Of a stretch of 56,568 nucleotides of DNA, positions 54,441 to 56,568 are shown in pieces. The notes below the pieces were generated by a model. That model did not search any database, was not told the origin of the DNA, and saw only the letters and a program-made list of their open reading frames with translations. This stretch comes from an uncultured Terriglobus sp. (lineage in GTDB: Bacteria; Acidobacteriota; Terriglobia; Terriglobales; Acidobacteriaceae): positions 1 through 56,568 of the forward strand of contig CAXTNL010000003.1 in the NCBI GenBank assembly GCA_964245655.1, written 5' to 3'. Position numbers and translations under genes: made by a program. How positions within the stretch are numbered: position 1 is the first letter of the stretch; each line of letters starts with the position of its first letter.

Positions 54441-54851
54441 ATGCCTGAGACTGCCGCCACCTGCGCCGCAGCGGAGCCGCGATTTACGCGAATCTTGCGG
54501 CTGTTCGGGATTGCCCTTTTGACCATTCTGAGCGCAACGCTGGCTGCATCTACGCTTTTCGTCATCGAAGCGCCAAATGTTGCGACGTTTCTCCGGCTTG
54601 CCGCGTTCGTAGCTGCGCTTGGCATGCTCACCGGCAGCGTGGCTGCGTTCTGGTGGCAGGATGCCGCACTTCGAAGGGTAGAGTGGGCGGCTTACCTTGG
54701 CATTGCCCTCTTATTCGCAGAGCAGTTCATCACCAAGCCAGGTCTTGGTCCATCTCATTCCGTCGCTGGAGTCTTCGGGTTGCTTATAGCGGCGGTCGTG
54801 CTTGCGCGGATCAGCCGACGCCAGGACGTACCTGCCTGCAACTGCGGCTAA
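54441..54851 (+). CDS. Hypothetical membrane protein (about 4 TM)
   Basis: Four hydrophobic segments; it fills the iscA-hscB gap on the operon strand. Confidence 0.6.
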   Translation: MPETAATCAAAEPRFTRILRLFGIALLTILSATLAASTLFVIEAPNVATFLRLAAFVAALGMLTGSVAAFWWQDAALRRVEWAAYLGIALLFAEQFITKPGLGPSHSVAGVFGLLIAAVVLARISRRQDVPACNCG

Positions 54852-54889
54852 ACAGTTCGCGAGCGCCTACGTACTCGCATCCAAGACGC

Positions 54890-55498
54890 ATGACCTATTT
54901 TGAAGTGTTCGGGTTGCCACCCAAGCTGCAACTCGACACAGCGGCGTTGGAGAAGAGCTTCTACCGCTTATCACGCGAGTTCCACCCGGATCGCTTCGCC
55001 TCAAAGCCAGCCGAGGAGCAGGCCGCAGCGACCGAGAAGTCATCCCTGCTGAACGATGCGTACCGCACCCTGCGCGACCCCATCCGTCGCACAGAGTACC
55101 TGCTGGAAACCGAAGGCGTGGAATTGGAAGAGCAGTCAGTGAAGGCCACCGAGTCTGCCCGCGCCACTGGCGAGCAGAAGAAGCAGATTGTGCCACCAGA
55201 CCTGCTGGAAGAAGCCTTTGAGCTGAACATGCAGCTGGAAGAGATGAAGATGGCCAAGGCGGGCGCCGACAACGACCCTCAACTTCGCAAGGACCTGGAA
55301 GCCGCAAAGGCGAACTTCACCGGCCTGCTGGAGGCCAGCCAAAAGCAGCTGGAGGCCGAGTGGACCAGCTGGGATGCAGCCGTCGACAGCGGTGACGATG
55401 GCGCAAAAGATGCGGCCAAGGATGAAATGCTGGCACTACTGAATCGGCGCTCGTACCTGCGGAATCTGGTACGGGACGTGAACGCAGCACTCGAGTAA
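54890..55498 (+). CDS. hscB: Fe-S co-chaperone HscB
   Basis: J domain YFEVFGLP...FHPDRF...LNDAYRTLRDPIRRTEYLL within the isc operon. Confidence 0.93.
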   Translation: MTYFEVFGLPPKLQLDTAALEKSFYRLSREFHPDRFASKPAEEQAAATEKSSLLNDAYRTLRDPIRRTEYLLETEGVELEEQSVKATESARATGEQKKQIVPPDLLEEAFELNMQLEEMKMAKAGADNDPQLRKDLEAAKANFTGLLEASQKQLEAEWTSWDAAVDSGDDGAKDAAKDEMLALLNRRSYLRNLVRDVNAALE

Positions 55499-55508
55499 CG
55501 GGGAGCAC

Positions 55509-56285
55509 ATGAACATCGCAGACAGCACCATTCTGATTACCGGCGGCGGCTCAGGCATCGGCCGCGCCCTGGCCGAGGCGTTCCACCGGGCGGGCAGCAC
55601 GGTCATCATTGCGGGCCGCCGCCGCGAACTGCTGGACGAGGTGGTCGCCGCCAACCCCGGCATGGCCGCCGAGACCTTGAACGTGGACAACGCAGACGCG
55701 GTGCAGAGCTTTGCGGCAGACCTCCTCCGGAAGTATCCGACGGTGAACGCGGTGATGCACAACGCGGGCATTATGCGCGAGGAAGACCTGAGGGCAGGCG
55801 ACCCAGCCACTGCGGAAGCGACCGTCGAGACCAATCTGCTGGGGCCCATCCGGCTGAACAGTGCCCTGCTGCCGCACCTGTTGCAGCAGCCCGCGGCCAC
55901 CGTGCTCACCGTGACCTCCGGCCTGGCCTTTGTGCCGTTGTCGCTGACACCCACGTACTGCGCCACCAAGGCTGCCATGCATTCCTACTCGCAGTCACTG
56001 CGGTACCAGTTGCAGGGCACCAGAGTGCAGGTGATTGAGATTGTGCCGCCCTATGTGCAAACCGAGCTGATGGGGGACCGCCAGAAAACGGACCCGAATG
56101 CCATGCCTCTGGACGAGTACATCTCGGAGACCTTTGGTATTTTGCAGAAAGAGCCGGACGCGGCAGAGGTCTTGGTGGAACGCGTTAAATCGCGGCGCTT
56201 TGCCGAAGCGCGAGGCGAATACGACAGCTTCTACCAAAAAATGAACGAGGAAACCATCAAGAGCCGTAAGGCTCGGCAGCCGTAG
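55509..56285 (+). CDS. Short-chain dehydrogenase/reductase (DltE-like)
   Basis: TILITGGGSGIG, HNAGI, SGLAFVP, YCATKAAMHSY, EIVPPYVQT. Confidence 0.92.
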   Translation: MNIADSTILITGGGSGIGRALAEAFHRAGSTVIIAGRRRELLDEVVAANPGMAAETLNVDNADAVQSFAADLLRKYPTVNAVMHNAGIMREEDLRAGDPATAEATVETNLLGPIRLNSALLPHLLQQPAATVLTVTSGLAFVPLSLTPTYCATKAAMHSYSQSLRYQLQGTRVQVIEIVPPYVQTELMGDRQKTDPNAMPLDEYISETFGILQKEPDAAEVLVERVKSRRFAEARGEYDSFYQKMNEETIKSRKARQP

Positions 56286-56286
56286 C

Positions 56287-56568
56287 TCATTCGGCGGGTA
56301 TCGTCTGAGCTTCAGCCCACGGACTGTACTCGCCGAACGACCAGATGTGGCCGTCCACGTCGCGCACGGCGAACGCTTTGCCGCCATAGCTCATGGTTCG
56401 CAGCGGCATTAGCACCTCAACACCCGCTGCCTGCGCACGCTGCCATGCCGGCGTGCAGTTTGGCACAATCAGGTAGACGCCACCCGTGGATGTGCCGCCC
56501 AACTCGCGCGGCAGGGCGTTCCACGCCGCAGCCTCCGGGTTGCGCCCTGCGGTTCCCAGCATCACCAT
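56287..56568 (-). CDS. VOC/glyoxalase family protein, 3' part (N-terminus probably beyond the window)
   Basis: RAQAAGVEV...YGGKAFAVRDVDGHIWSFGEY, typical of bleomycin-resistance/PhnB-like proteins. Confidence 0.8.
   Translation of the reverse strand: MVMLGTAGRNPEAAAWNALPRELGGTSTGGVYLIVPNCTPAWQRAQAAGVEVLMPLRTMSYGGKAFAVRDVDGHIWSFGEYSPWAEAQTIPAE

Noticed and set aside
54830-54890. PACNCG just upstream of hscB as a frameshifted remnant of an HscB zinc finger
   Set aside because: Different frame, CxC rather than paired CxxC, and HscB is complete from ATG 54890.
1-56568. CRISPR arrays, transposases, prophage or defence genes
   Set aside because: No regularly spaced repeats or matching protein motifs were seen by eye; a very degenerate element could have been missed.

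Overview
GC-rich bacterial chromosomal window, very likely from an Acidobacteriaceae member. This is inferred from five Oar-like TonB-dependent-type barrels, TIGR03435/TIGR03436-like genes and a PEP-CTERM protein. Left to right: a truncated secreted protein; rsfS and rlmH split by an oppositely oriented TonB-dependent receptor; cobO; an unannotated 55-aa zinc-ribbon ORF coupled to an aminotransferase; a DUF2235 hydrolase; an inverted REP-like hairpin pair; mutS2; a second small zinc-ribbon protein; an aldo/keto reductase; a small outer-membrane barrel; an imuA-imuB-dnaE2 mutasome cassette followed by an ATP-dependent DNA ligase, with a LexA-like box; an uncharacterised envelope operon (two TIGR03435-like genes, an apparently plug-less barrel, a VWA protein); a probable phosphate-starvation locus (two divergent receptors, PhoD, a MINPP-type phytase, a PEP-CTERM protein) with three Pho-box-like promoters and an actinobacterial-looking nadA-nadC pair in the middle; a LacI/receptor/GH39/GH144-like sugar locus; tRNA-Val(GAC); a PgsA-family enzyme; and the isc Fe-S operon with an extra membrane gene and no adjacent hscA. 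No CRISPR array, rRNA, integrase or transposase was seen. All family calls come from reading motifs by eye, not from database searches, and many starts were moved downstream of the ORF-track starts.
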